Part shown: positions 34,601 through 49,333 of the stretch, piece after piece
How positions within the stretch are numbered: position 1 is the stretch's first letter
Layout: each line of letters begins with the position of its first letter
NCBI RefSeq assembly: GCF_008831285.2
Contig: NC_045138.2
Location: forward strand, 310,001 to 374,000
Reading direction: 5' to 3'
Source: Nymphaea colorata
Lineage: Eukaryota
Length of the DNA stretch: 64,000 nt
Translations under genes and position numbers: made by a program
Notes under the pieces: model-generated
Database searches by the model: none
What the model was told of the DNA's origin: nothing
Seen by the model: the letters and a program-made list of their open reading frames with translations, nothing else

Positions 34601-37410
34601 TATTTAATTGTTTTGAGTTGGAATATTTGCATCCTTAGACAAAATTCCAAGGTTTTGGAACAAAAGAGAGTGCCTTATGCAATTATTTCTTCCCCGAAGA
34701 TGACGACATAAGTTCAAGTACTAATAATGGTTGCTTAGCTCACAAACTATTCACAAAATCATGACCTTGTACATGATAGACAAGAATTTAGAAGAACCAG
34801 ATCAAGTAAAGATTGATATTATGAGAGGCAAGATTAACTTCCACAACAAAGTGAAACTTGACCAAGTTTGGGAATTTCAAGACTTGCACCAATTTGGCAT
34901 TAGAATAAGATCTGATCAAGTTCATGATCTCATGGCAACAGGAAATATCAAATCATGTTCTTGTCAATTTTCTTTTCATATGTCATCATGAAAATGCCTT
35001 CCAACAAAACTACATGCTTGACATCTATATGAGTCTGCAATCAAGCATAATTTTTAGGTACACCTGGTGCACCTAATTAGTTTTATCATTACTTTAAACC
35101 AATCTCATTACCTCGGACTTGTCCTTCCAAGATGCTAAAGATTGTCGCGATTAGTATTAAATTATGCTGAACTGGCCAGTTCGGACTTGTTCGATGATCA
35201 GCTCAAAACTCGATCTAATTCGCTAACCAACGTATGGTTGCGACGTGTCACACACTTTCATTTTTTTATAAAAATACTTAATATTTTTCATTTTAAATTA
35301 TCATATATATATGAAAATTAATATAATGAAGTTTTTGGTCAAATCAAATCGTTGGATCGGTCAATTTAGGCCGATTCGATTCAATTTTTTATTTTTTTGA
35401 CGCCATTGGTCGCATTAAAAATGTCAATATTTGGTGCTTGACATGTGAGAAGCTCTTGCTCTTTCTCTCAAGGCACTCTAGTCATCAATCATCATGATGT
35501 TTCCTTCTTCATATTTCAGTAATAATCCCAGCACTGGGTCCCAATTTTTTTTGTTGTAAATGTTATTCACTTTTCTCATCATGTGATCTTGGAATAAGGT
35601 GGCTGATGTCTTCATATAGATGAAATTGTTGGTCACAAAATATTTGTGGATCTTGTTGTTGATAAGGAGCTTGAATTGTTATGTATCACATCATACAAAA
35701 AGCCAAATCTGTGTGTACCTCTTAAGAGTCACGAAAAAAATATGAACATTTTTTTACCTCTATTCTCGCCAAGGTTTGACTTAAGACCGGGCCGATAATT
35801 TTTTCTTTACTTATTGTCCCGATGACTAAGCATGCATGTGCATGTGTGTGTGTTTTGTATGTTGTAAGCGAATAAGCACAACTAACGATGCGGGGAGTTT
35901 GGTAGCACGTGTCTTGACATGTGCCTGTATGTGGTGCACATACTTCTGAGTGTGTGGTGCACATCTTCTCAGTGCTCAATAATGTTTAGAAAATGAGAAA
36001 TTCCATCTAGGGGTGTCATTTTGATGTTATTCCAAAAGAAACCTCCATGTTCATAAATTTATGGATACGTGCCTAAATTTCATTGGGATCTTTTGGGACA
36101 ACATGAGAAGTTCTGACCTCTTAATTTTTTTGGAAAAGAAAAATTCCCATAAATCCAATTGACCAAAAAAACTGTGCTTATTTTTTAATTCTTTTTTTTT
36201 TTTTAATTCTGTTCATGTAAAAATTGTGAAAAATATTGTTTGGCTCCCATACAAATTTTCAAAGTACTATTCACTACTCCTTAAAAAGAAAAAATTCTGA
36301 CTCCTCACTCAACCTGAATGTGGTTTCCTTGAATATTCACAAACTAAAAAAGAAGAGAACATAGAAGATAGGGAGGTTGTTTAGCGGTGATTAGCAAAAT
36401 AATGTGGCGCATATCAGCAAAATTGAGAAATATATGGCTCACCTTACAGCATGGTTCTCAAATGAAAGAAAAAAAACTCATAATTGGGAAAGAAGATAAC
36501 ATCTATATACATCTTTTCTTTGTACTAATTTTGGCTGTACATTACCCAACTTGTGAGGAACAATTGAGTAATCCAAAAGGGAAAAGGAAAATTGAAGAGC
36601 CGAGACAAAAGAGATCAGGATAAAGATCTCCTCTTAGTTTTAATTTTCCAATTTTCACTAACTTATCCAGATAAGTGTCCTAACGTTTGGCCCCTGTGGT
36701 TGTACCACAAATAGACATTTTCAGAACAACCAGTGAAGAGAAAAAACAGGATTATCCAGGATTTCCGGGAAAACTCGTCTGCAGTGATTGGCGGCGAAAA
36801 TTAGACAAGGGGCTCGGGGTGTGGGACTTAGTTGGCATACAGTACTAATAAATGCTCTTTAATGAAGAACCATGTGTTGCGTTCGTTGAAATTTGCAGGA
36901 TCCTGAAATCTGTCCACAAATGTCAGAAACAGACAAATTCCCAGAAAAGTAAAATTCTCAATTATCCCACGTAAAAAGAACTGGCTTCAGAAAACACCAA
37001 AATGAAGAACGACATATAATCTGCTTACTCAACACGTGTAAGTTTTCTACTGGAGAAAAAAAAAAGTAAACTTTTATCCTTGTCCGGACAACTTTCTAAA
37101 TCTGAAGATTAAGTGCAGTAACTTTCTTGTTGGGCTGGTGCACCGACTAAGAAACATTCATTTTCAGAGAGAGAGAATGTGGGGGTACGGGATAAAGGAT
37201 AAGTTGATAAGTCATGCTAGCTTATCACTCATTTTCTCTCTCTCACCTAGTGATTCGTATTCCAAAATTTACCTCGGTGGCATGCTATACTCACCTTCTT
37301 AGGTATCGTTTTTATGATATTGAAAAATGTGGAGCTAAAACTTAAGGGTGTCATTGTAGAGACTAAGTGAATTGGCTCGTGTGGTTCTTTCTTTCTCCCA
37401 TCTCTTCCCG

Positions 37411-37486
<76 letters not shown>
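37411..37486. repeat. Compound microsatellite (TC)n-(TA)n
   Basis: Read directly from the sequence. Confidence 0.95.
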
Positions 37487-37491
<5 letters not shown>

Positions 37492-37746
37492 CCGACCACA
37501 TAAAAGACAAAAACCGGATTTGCTAAAAATAATTGATAAAAGAATATGTATTAAGTTAGTCAGTCTTTTAATAACTAAAAAATGAACTATTCTTATACCA
37601 TCAAAATTTTTCTATAATAGAAAAATCAAATTAAAGAAAACTTCAACTAAAACATGATTTATACTAAATTACTGTTTATGAATACGTCAAGACTGTTCAA
37701 GTTTTGTTTACAATATTTTTTAGCCCAAACTTAAGAAGTCTGGTTT

Positions 37747-37792
<46 letters not shown>

Positions 37793-37797
37793 AAAAT

Positions 37798-38029
37798 TAA
37801 ATGGTGACTTTGGGTTTTTAGAGTCACCCAGCTATCAACCAAGTCCATTCGATCTATTATGATAAACACTTAAGAGAAAAACAAGAATAAAAAAGTGATG
37901 GACATTTTTGTCATTTAATATGAGTCCTTATCTTTTTCTTCATGTTTTTCTCTCAATCATTCATTTACATCAAATAAACGGCCTTCATTAGGTAGTTGGT
38001 TGACTCTAAACAATTAAAGTCACCATTTA
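37798..38029. mobile_element. MITE with ~37-bp terminal inverted repeats
   Basis: TAAATGGTGACTTTGGGTTTTTAGAGTCACCCAGCTA (37798-37834) pairs with TAGTTGGTTGACTCTAAACAATTAAAGTCACCATTTA (37993-38029). A truncated related copy lies at ~42361-42450. Confidence 0.75.
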
Positions 38030-38818
38030 CTCACTTATAAAAACTGATAGGTGTTAGGCACTTACATGATAGATGAATATAAAAAACAATCTCAACCTTT
38101 GGCTTTTGCAAATAAGTGGTTGAGTAAAAAACAAAGAAAAAAAAGATGTGAACTAATGTTAAATGAAAAAAATGTCAACTTTTTTTTCTCATCGATAGTA
38201 TCACAATTGGTGAAGACCAATGGTTGAAATTATTTCCTATCCTTATGACATTTAAGTGTCTCAAGTGAGATCTTCATCGACACTACCTTTCAATCTAATG
38301 TTGCACTACCTTTCAATCACGGCTGTCTGATGCAACGCAACACAACAGGTGGACATTCTTGAATGCATGGTCAAATGCATTCGATGAGTGTGTCGTGAGA
38401 GGTAAGTTTTGATGCATGTTGAAATTAATGGGCTTATTTTGGACAAACTAGGATTTTGATGTCGGAGAGAGCCAGAGAAAGGGTGGAGACAGGATAAGCT
38501 GACAAGTCATGCTGTGCCCTATCAGATCTACAGATACCCATTGAACCAACTGGAAGATGCTCACATTCTTTTGATGTGTGCATGTAGAAATGAGATTATT
38601 CTGGATAAACCAGGATTTTGTTACCACGGTTGGGCAGCACTTTGAATTGTCGAGTTCGAATTCTTTATCCCTGTGTACTGTAGGGCAGCACAAGAAGTCA
38701 TGTGAGAGTAAATAGTTTTTTCCTCGCAGTAGCTGTTGGAGATGCAAGTAGAAGGTGCACGTGAAAGAGGACATGTGAACACATGGGGGAGACAGAGTTG
38801 GAGGGGCCACTGCTGACT

Positions 38819-38855
<37 letters not shown>

Positions 38856-39002
38856 GCCATGGCTTGATCTGGCATAACCTTATAGGAGAAGAGGCTGACT
38901 AGAGAGAGAGAGCGAGAGAGAGAGAGATGACCTGGCATAACCCTAGAACAATTATGGAGGTTGTTTGAAACATAATGCATTTATTCTTTCCACTTTAAAA
39001 TG

Positions 39003-39143
<141 letters not shown>

Positions 39144-40931
39144 CTTCCTCTGTGCCCATCACCCTAAGGTTCACAAAGCTTGCGTCAGGACCTATTACGG
39201 TTCAAAGGATGAAAGAACTGGGTCGTCAAAACGACCAAGCGATTTGAACCTCAGATCTTCTTAAAGTGGATATTAATTACTAAATGTTTTATTGGTAAAG
39301 GTACTTGTTTTGAAAAATTAAATACCCAAGTGTGATTTGCATGTGAATGCACTTAAATGTCAAGTTTCTTTGATATTGAAAACTACTTTCCCACAAAGTA
39401 AAAGAATCAAAGCCTATGATTTTAAAATCCCATAAATTTTTGTTTACACATTTTAAAATAATTTCTTATAAAGTATTCACAATGAGAAATAGAGGCAACA
39501 GCTTCATGACACCAGAGCCAAGATCTATCATTTTATCAATATCCATGGGCAGGTGTTGGTAACATGTGGCGATTGCTTGCACATGGACCCACAAAAAGTA
39601 CATATTTAATATTGACGTGTAAAAGCAATTTTTCTCATTTACATGTTGGTGCCCCTTAAAAATTTTAAATTTATTATTAATACCCCTCAACCAAAAATTT
39701 CTGGCTCTACCCCTGATCCTTTGGACTTGAGCCCCGACCAAAGTTGTGCTTAATGAAAGATGATCAGGTTAACAATGTGAGGTGAAAAAACTCACTTTCT
39801 GCAGCCATTGATCGTCGAATCAACGGCATTCAGAGTATCTTGATCGGTGCGGCAACAAATGATCGAATTGGTGCTGGATTGCCTGGACAAGACCTCAGAG
39901 ACATGGATAGCTTACAAACAAAAGATAATGTAGTGGACCAATTTCAACATGGGTCAAATCATAGTGAATTTTTGCTTTGGATATGTCCCAATCATGATAA
40001 TGCTTGACATTTCACAGGTAGGAAATCTTGGTTGGCTTTGGTCTCCGCCCTCACAAGTGAAAGTCATGTTTAAGTTAGAAGCTGCAGCAGAGCTCGAAAT
40101 TTTTGACTAAGGAGCACTAACACCTTAAATTATAGCTTTTAAGTAGAACCAATATATAAATAAGTATGATGTTCGTATATAAATAAACAATATAGATTGT
40201 TCTATCTAAGCAGTTGCCCTCACAAGCTCACATGTGCCTCTGCTACTGGTTCCAAGGCATAAATTTTTCACACTTAAACAAATTGGATGGGCTGAAAGTC
40301 GAACCCAGATCGAGCTTGGCGCAAATAGAAAACTGAACTTTGAAAAGTAAATCTGAACCACTTGTATCCGTAGTTCAAGAGCTATTGAACCACAATGAAG
40401 AAGATAAGCCAACTAAAGAGACTAATAGCTAACCATCTCAAAGGTGGAGAATGGTAGCTTTGAGGTTTTGTTCACATACTAACAATATCAAATCCTCATA
40501 TTTTTATATAGTAGCGACATGGTTATATATGTTCACTCTACATCCCTACATAAAAGACTCTCTAATCAAAAGCTGTCAAACACATCTGAAAACGTCATTT
40601 AGCAGTAGAGACATTCTATGAGTATCTCCTGAATATTGGATCGATCCATAAAACATTAGTTCTAGTGTTTTATGAATCTGCTAAATATTTGAGACACATT
40701 TATAAGACGTTCATCAAGTGCCTTTGCTGCCAAGCAACCCCTAAAGAGATGTTAGGTAATAGTAACTATATGTTACTGTTTAATGCATCTATGTAAAAAG
40801 GAAGGCAGAATCATAAAATTATTTTTAAAATGTTCAATGAATCTAACCAAATTTTAAGGTAGATGCATGAGATAGTAACATAATGTTACTAGTCCCAAAC
40901 AGTCCCTTAGAGTAGCTTCTGACATCAGCAT

Positions 40932-41024
40932 TTGACGATAAGATCGTTGATAGTTCCCTTGCTTGCCAAGATTGTCCTTTGACGATAAGATTGTTGTAGT
41001 TCCCTTGCTTGCCAAGATTGTCCC
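40932..41024. repeat. ~47-bp tandem duplication
   Basis: TTGACGATAAGAT(C/T)GTTG(A)TAGTTCCCTTGCTTGCCAAGATTGTCC occurs twice. Confidence 0.85.
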
Positions 41025-41354
41025 GACAATACAACAATGCTTAAACCCTCGTAGCCTTTTAGGGTAAGACCCAACGCAGCAAATATGTACAAATGCCACT
41101 ATTTGCTTGCTCGACAGCTCCACCAGCACTTGTGTTTATGATGTAAACGTGACATTTGATTCAGCCTCAACCGTCGCACAGACAAAAATTTCTAGTTAAG
41201 GGGCACTATTACTTTGAATTTCAAACCTTAAGAGGCACTCATATGTTAAAAAGTAAAACTTTAAAAAAGTATCTATGTGTAAATAAAACAAATTCCATAA
41301 GCTGGTGTGAGCAATTGCGACAAAAGCAACAGCATGGTTCTCAGACTGTCCTCA

Positions 41355-41572
41355 AGGGGTTTGGGACACCTGGTGGTCCTTGTGGCTGGTAGGGGGCTAG
41401 TCATAGGTTCGAATCTCAGCATTGCGCCTATTGCCTTGTGCAAGCCCACACATGCCGAAGACCGTGGGGGGCAAAGGAATAGACTTGGAGGTTCTACGCT
41501 CTAGCATGGCCCATGTGCAACACAAACACGAGACCCAAGAATGTTGATTCCGCCACCCGTATTTGCCCTAAA
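41355..41572 (+). mobile_element. Possible tRNA-derived SINE
   Basis: An A-box-like TGGTCCTTGTGG (41374-41385) and a B-box GGTTCGAATC (41406-41415) head a ~200-bp GC-richer island. No cloverleaf, TSD or clear tail was found. Confidence 0.35.
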
Positions 41573-42309
41573 ACTTATCATATACATGTTTGTCAGTGCT
41601 TGCTCTAAGTATCCGACCGGACCCAATTCGTTCAAGAATGACCTTGACTTTAGACATTTTGTCTCCATTTTGGGTTCCTAAGCCCCTTAAAATATGCAAT
41701 TGATTTCCTATCCTCACTCCTATCATATCATATGCATGCTAGCTATAAAATATCACTATATTGTTGGCATTAATGGACATCATTTAGTGGTTTCTCTCTC
41801 TCTCTCTCTTAAAAATGATATCTTGCCATGCCAACCAATCTTTTAAAAATCCCTAAGAAGATTGAAACAACCACCCAACCTCTCATTCATAGGGTATAGG
41901 GCTTGTTTTGGTGCCTCGAACTGCCGCCATCGGGCTACTTCAACTTGCACATCAGTGACCATCATTTATAGCACATAGAGTTGGCACTTCGATGGATCAG
42001 AATGGAAACTGGTTGCTGCCTAACCATTCTTGGTTAGGTTGTACCAACCCCTTTGGGGATTACCTCTGTGCTTTCCTTCCAATGAAAGTTGCTGGCAAAT
42101 AGGCTTCCATCCTTCATTGGGAAGGAAAGTATATAAATATAGAATGAAAAGGCAAAAAAAAAAAAGAGGCTATGGCTTAGCATCACATGTACAAAAGATA
42201 AACTTCCCTTAACAAGTATGAACCACATTTAATGAACATGAACAGAGAAATGTAAAAAAGAATTAAAAAAGGTTGAACATGTCAAAATCTCTCTTCCCTC
42301 TTTCTCTCT

Positions 42310-42313
<4 letters not shown>

Positions 42314-42359
<46 letters not shown>
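42314..42359. repeat. (AAT)n microsatellite
   Basis: Read directly from the sequence. Confidence 0.9.
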
Positions 42360-42982
42360 TGAGTGATGACTTTGGCTTTTAGAGTCACCCAAAAGTGATG
42401 AATATTTTTGTTATCTAATATTAATTTACATATTTTTCTCTTTGTTTTTTTGACTGTAGATAATCCGAGAAAAAAAAATTGCTGGTTTCATTTTTTATAT
42501 TACCTTTTGTATTGAGGCCGTGTTAGTGAATTTCGTAACATGCATGGACTTGCTTATTAGGAAGAGATTTTGTTGCCTTATATCCTGTTTCAACGGATCT
42601 ACATTTAACAAAGAATAGAAAACGTAATGAGTCAATTTACTACTGTCATAGGTACAGTGCTACCTATCAAGACGCTTTTAAAATTTTTATAAAATTGAAA
42701 TTACATATTGTTTTTTCGTGAACTATAGCTTTGAACATGTACGACATCTCTTTGTGACCAAGCAAAATAGAATTGCCATGAAAAGAATTCTAGCTTACGT
42801 ATACACCACGTGATTATGATAAGTGGACCAAGATTCCAGCAAGTTCATGTCCATGATTGATGTGACAGGCAATTTATATTGGTCACATATATATTTAATT
42901 TTATTTTTTTTAAGGGCATATATGTATATAAATTTGTGCATGTGCGCATCTGTGCATGCATCCACAATGTATATTTAACTTA

Positions 42983-42985
<3 letters not shown>

Positions 42986-43063
<78 letters not shown>
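42986..43063. repeat. (TA)n microsatellite
   Basis: Read directly from the sequence. Confidence 0.95.
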
Positions 43064-43064
<1 letters not shown>

Positions 43065-45586
43065 GTATGTGTTTGCACGTGCGTGTGTACATAGGATTAT
43101 TGGATTCCTCTTGATTAAAGGAATCACACGAAACGAGGCCATCCGCTGAAAAGCATAAAGCAGCCTTCCGAGGAGGAGATTCACCTTTTATTTATATGTA
43201 TATATATGTATATATATTTCGGAATCTGTCGAGTTCTGATCTGACCTCTAATGCATTTTACTGTCCGAGAATGAACTTTTTCACAACTTTACTTGTATAC
43301 CTCAAATCAAAGTGCAAGTCCAAGTCATGTGGCCTGAATTCTGGCCACACACCCACACATCCTAGCAAGATGCACTTGAATCTGGGCAATAATGGGTTGG
43401 GCCCATGACACGGACCTTAACGTCCCCCCGGCGCGGCTTGTGTCAGCAGTTGCCCACACAGCTCCATAAAATTTAATTATTTATACATCAGTTGTCTTCA
43501 ACCATTTGCTTATTCAATTGTTTTCTTGGTGTCTCGGTTTAACATATTTTAAATTAGTTCTCCTTAACTAAAAATTTCTAGTTTCGCCACTGTTAATACC
43601 TAACCTAATAAATTTTATTATCCTGTTGGAGCTGTGAAAATGTCCGCATTGAGAGATTATGGGAATCTAAATGGACCCGTTTGAGGCCGAACGGTGAGTT
43701 GGATACCGAATCCGAGGACCACAACTGCATAGTGTGGATTCAACCACTAAACTTATATCTAGTTTTTCAGGATTGTCACAAATTATTTATTTATGTTACT
43801 TGTTTATTTTGAAAGGTAAGTTGGGGTTCAAAGACCTTCCTAAATTGTGTTTTGGATATTTTGATTTTGAAACTTGCTATCTCTCAACATACATAGGTTT
43901 TATAGATATTTTATGTTGATTATTCTTGTATTCTTGTGCTAATAAAAAAATATACAATGTTAAGAATTGCTAATCATAAAAAAATGTAAGGGGCAATCAC
44001 TTACACAAAAATATTGCAAGTTTTTCTGTGATGGATAAAAATATATATTCCAAAAAAGTGCAGCTTTCTAGATAAATCAGCAATAAACCAACATACTTAT
44101 GCCATGTCAATGTTTTTGTTCATTGATACCACGGGAAAAAAGGAGAAACGTTTTAATGTTTTTGCAAGGTCTTGATCATCTTTTACAATTCAAAGAAAGG
44201 TATTTAGAGATCATCTAAACCTTGCATGGACCATAATTTTAAAAATTGTACCTATAAGTTTTAAATTTTTTAGTTTAACCTATGTAAAAAATTTGAAAAG
44301 TTATATTATGGTCCCTGTCAAAAATTTCAAACTATAGTTCAGCCCCTACAATGAAAAATTCCTACCTTCACCCTTAGAAGTAGATCAATGAGGATAATAT
44401 ATAATAGTTGCTATTTTCTTTAATTTTAGCCTAAATTTACCACAAGATAAGACTTACATTTAAAATTTAATTTCAAGTTACAATAAGGGGCCATTTGGCA
44501 TGTTCTTAAGTGTTCCATCAATCTGCCTCAAATATTATTCTGCTTTAATATTTGAGGATAAATTCATACAACATCACACAATGTTCCACGTGCCAAACAA
44601 CCATTAAAGGTCATGTCTAACACTTAAATTACGTGATAGGAACAATTTGTCTACAAACATGTGCTGCATATAGCAAAACAATGTGGCCAACCATATAGAA
44701 AATTAGGTATTTTGGGTCCTTTTCTTCCTAGTTGGATCTTGTGGTCTTGTATAACATTGTCCATTTTAAAAAAAAGGACCTTCTGCACTGTATTCACTTC
44801 GCATTTTTTTTATATAAGAGTTGGTTCAAGTAACATCACCAGGCATGTGGCCCTAGTACTTATGCAGTTTAAAATATCATTTTTTTTTTTGTGTATTTCA
44901 GAGTTCATGTAAGAGCATGTTTATCTTCCAGCTAATTGCCCATATAAAATAATGCATATTTTTGTGACCCTATGTTCTTTTGAACTGGAAAATTTTTTTC
45001 TGACCACCCACCTGAAGTGGTAGTTTATATCTTGAGCAACATGCTTACCAATTTATTTGTAAGAACTTGGTATCGTGCCCTCATTCGACATGTGCATGTG
45101 TGTATGTATGTGTGTGTACCAACGGCCGAGCCAAAAAGTTGTGGTTGTGAGACATTAATATAAGAAGACTTAAATTGGAGGGTTGCCCATACGCTGCAGC
45201 AGAACTACCATGTGACTGGTGTGAGCCACTGCCCATGCCAGCCAGTGAAAGCTTTTATTGTAATGGAGTTTGACCCAGGTCCAGCCATGTGTCATGTTCA
45301 CACCAGAACCGGGTCAGTGCCCCGTAGGCGTCCATCTCCCTAAGCCAAAGTACTCTTGATGCCCGTTGGCCAAAAGTTTCTGGCTCCACCATAATAAACT
45401 AAATTATATTGATGAACCAACATGTGGATAAAATGTGCTATGTGGGTTCATGTGGGCAACTGCCCGCACAAGCCCATGCGTAGCTCCGCTGGCATGTACG
45501 CATAATTTCTTATAAGTGGGGACAAGCCTTTATGAGAGTTGATCAAGACTGTTTGCATCTAACCACTTAATTGCTCCCTAATCATT

Positions 45587-45975
45587 GGGGGTATCAATGG
45601 ATCTGATTCAAGTCAGATATATTATTAATGGTATCCTCTTTTTGGGATATTCACATAATGATATTCAAATATAAACGAAAACAGTCATATTTGAATCTGA
45701 AATCTGATTTTACAATTAGGATCCATTCTAAATCCGATTTTTATATTCATATCCTAATCCGAATCTAAATCCAACCGTATTTTTAAAATATAAGAGTGTT
45801 GGATATAGAATATTTATTTAAACATAAATCCAACTGAATTCAAGATCCGATCAAACATTTATGTATATATGAATCCGAACTGATATCTTAATCAAATGTT
45901 TTTTTTTTCCTAGATCTTATTTTCTCGAGATGGTTTGGTCGCATACCTAATGCAAATCAGATATGTTGGCACTCC
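45587..45975. mobile_element. MITE, GGATC/GAATC-rich family (TIR ~GGGGTGTCAAT...ATTGACACCCC)
   Basis: Left end GGGGGTATCAATGGATCTGATT and right end AATCAGATATGTTGGCACTCC. The interior is rich in ATCCGA/AATCTG. Related copies lie at ~21950-22300, 23390-23600, 26880-27046, 34300-34640, 49530-49820 and 58299-58645. Confidence 0.65.
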
Positions 45976-48900
45976 TACCATTGGCCTCTAGTTCCTTCAA
46001 TTTGGGGCGCATCTGATTGGGGAAATTATCGTCTTCCATGAAATGCCAACATTCTCACAACATGGCGGAGCCCAATGCCCTTTATCAAGCGGTAGATCTT
46101 GTAGTAGCAGAGCCACATATAATTAAGATAGGGAGGGCACATGCCCCCTACCTAGCTTGCCTAACAATTGCTACATACATATTGCAGAAGGGATGTGTTC
46201 CCGTTGACTTCAATTTCTAGCTCCTCCACTGACTTTACATATCTCTGTTGAGCACCATTTAAGTGTTCAAACTCAACCAGCCTGTACCAAACACTTTGTT
46301 TTAGGTGCATGCTTCTCTTGAGATTGAGACACATTAGAACTCATTAAAAAAGTTAAAATTTCCAAGATGTCAATCTAACAAGTACAATTAGTGCTGGATT
46401 TCTTTTATAAAGGATTTGGTTGGGAAGTTTTCTCTTTGAAAAGCTTTTTTTTTCTTCTGGGAGAAGCTTCACTTATGCCAAGCATGATTGACTTCCTTCA
46501 AGAACTTCATCATTCCAACTGTGACCAAATAATTTTGATGTGACGCTATAGGATGTGGGCCTCAGCATTCATTATTTGTCTCAACATATGAGTTCAATTT
46601 TTTTTTCCATGCAATCAAGCTGGGGAATTACCCGAATTTTTTTAGCGTCGAAGAAATATACAAAGAATAAAAGAATAATAAACAAATCAACAACCTGCAA
46701 AACTATAGGGACCAAAACTACAAGAAGGCATTAGAGGTCGTTTGACAATAGGAACAGTAAGATTGGCGGAAATCATGGAATGATGTAATACAAAGTTTCA
46801 TGAACCAGCCTCAATTATTGGGGCATATACATTAAACAATATCTTGTAATATGTTACTGTTTCATGAATATGACCCTAAAAATTGAGCTAAATTCATGGA
46901 ACACCTTCAAAAGTATTCGACAAACCTGCCTCAATTTTTAGGGTAGATTCATGAAATAGTCATAAATTGTTATATTTACCAAACAAAATCTATCCAGGAG
47001 CAGCTCAGTCACTTGTCGAGATAAGGTTTCATTACAAATGCATAACCCATTGTGAAAAATGTTGGGGAAGGAAACCAAATGTATCTATGAAGCACTCTCC
47101 TAATCAGAATTTCCATTGGGTATTGTTTGATCTAACATTAACCTCCACATCTGTGCACATTATAACTTAATTACATACTTAAAAGGGCAAATTATTTTCT
47201 TACTCAAGTGTGAATTCATGAATTATGCTTCTTGGTTTGGGAAGATGATTGCTAAACTCTTTCTTCTTAAAAGGATCTACACCCTCTTTGTGGTACAAGT
47301 CCTGAAAAAGCCACACTTAGGCCGAGAAACTTAGCGGCTCGCTCATTGACATATGACTCTGAAGCTAGTACCTTTGCCTTCAGGGCCTATGCGTGTTCCA
47401 GCTTGCGCAGGGGGTTGATGCTCACAGGACTTGAACTAGTGATTGGCCTTCTTCATGCTGCTGGCCTAGCCAGCAACGTCAAACTCCTTGGGGAACAAGC
47501 ACCCCTTTTGAAACTTCAATTGGGTGATGAAGATTAACATGGTTTCTTTCAATCCTTCAACAATCACCATTATATTAGACGATGTTCAAATTATTTTCAA
47601 TTGGTTTCTCCTGAATTTACCACTTCTATATGAAATTTATCTTATATAATATATCAAAGCTTTTAACTGAGGCACATAATGTCGTTTTCATATGTATACT
47701 TAAAAGTATTTTGGCAAGTTGGCAGGCAGCCGGTGACCTCTAGATTGTACTTCACCGCTGGTTAGGTTGGGTGGCCCAACGAAGGATAGGGTTCAGTCAT
47801 ATGGATGGTCTAAACAGTCCAGGTAGAGATTTTCAATTTTTTTGTACATTTAAGAATTATATTTCTTTACTGAAAGAAGATAATCACTTATATAATTGTG
47901 GGCAACAAAAAATAATATGTATTTTCAAGAAAAAAAAAAGGTGGTGTTTTGGATCTAAGATCATGGTCAAGATCCGAAACATGTTTGAACCCATATGGTT
48001 AAAGTTGATAAAACCAACTAAAAGTTGAGATTTAGAATGTTGGATTGAGATAAAGGACATCACAAGAGGTAGCTGGGGGCACATGATTTTGTTAGGTTAC
48101 TGTTCAATTATGAAATACATTATCTCCTTCTATTTCACATGTCTTGACTGTGCTCTCTCATAATTCATTTTTTGTACTCCCTTGGTACCTGCATTTAATT
48201 TTTTGTACCTCTCCCTGGCACCTCCATGTTGTGGAAGCTTTATGTGATAATAATTCTTCATATATTACCAAAAGAAAGTAGCTTTTGCTAAATCAACCAA
48301 ACCAAGGGCACCACATTGTCTGAAATGAGAGCTCAAGCCTCATTTTTCCCCATTCCTATAGTTCAAGGCTGCATCGGTACCTGGTGCATAATATCTATAC
48401 AATCAAATTGATGATCGAGGACTTTACCTTACACCAGCCCGACTAATTACGCTGCATCCCTTGAGGCAAATAGGTGACTAGTTGGCGTTATTCAATATTT
48501 TCAAGTTGTTGGATTAATCTAACTAGGTAGTTAATTAGATTCCAAATATTTTCAAGAAACATATAAATAAAAAAAATCATGATTATTTTGTTTGATGTGT
48601 ACGTCAGATCTTGTCAATAAAAAATATAAGGTCATTGATCTTTAATCCTTATTATAGAGTCTGATTACATGTCGAAAGCAAATGTAACTTTTGTTTTCAT
48701 ATTTAAATATGTAATATCCATTTTGATTGTGACATCTATGAAATGCAGTGTAATATCATGTTGGATGACTCATTATGTGGCAAATAAGGTGGACAACATC
48801 TCTCTCTCCCTGTGTCCACAGGCACATGCGCGCACATGGAGAAATAAAGATTGATCCAATTTACTTTGACTGTTCTCAAGGTGCTGCATGTTAATTTTTT

Positions 48901-49038
48901 TTTGTCTTTTATCAATTCAAATTAGTAGTTGCTGTCAACCTTAATTTTCAGGAATGTAACATTGGACTTGAGGCTTTATGCCCCTTCACTCAAATTGATC
49001 AAACAGCTCATAACCAATTAGCGTACTTACTAAATTCA

Positions 49039-49076
<38 letters not shown>

Positions 49077-49276
49077 ATGTGGATCATATGTTATCATACC
49101 AAACAGATAGTGTAAGTACCGGAACAGAACTTTTTTAATTGACAAATTCCTTTGTGTGTGTGTGAGAGAGAGAGAAAGAGAGAGAGCCTTATTCTTTATT
49201 TTTCCTTGTTACAAATATATAAAGCTTACAGGTCAGGAAAATCACCCACAGGTTTGGCGCACACAGATAGAAGGAA

Positions 49277-49280
<4 letters not shown>

Positions 49281-49330
<50 letters not shown>
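49281..49330. repeat. (GA)n microsatellite
   Basis: Read directly from the sequence. Confidence 0.95.

Positions 49331-49333
<3 letters not shown>

Noticed and set aside
38735..38765. TGGAGATGCAAGTAGAAGGTGCACGTG, superficially like miR164
   Set aside because: Too many differences from the miR164 mature sequence, and no complementary star arm was seen.
41374..41420. Possible tRNA gene (A/B boxes)
   Set aside because: The box spacing is short and no cloverleaf or acceptor stem can be folded, so it is kept only as a possible SINE.
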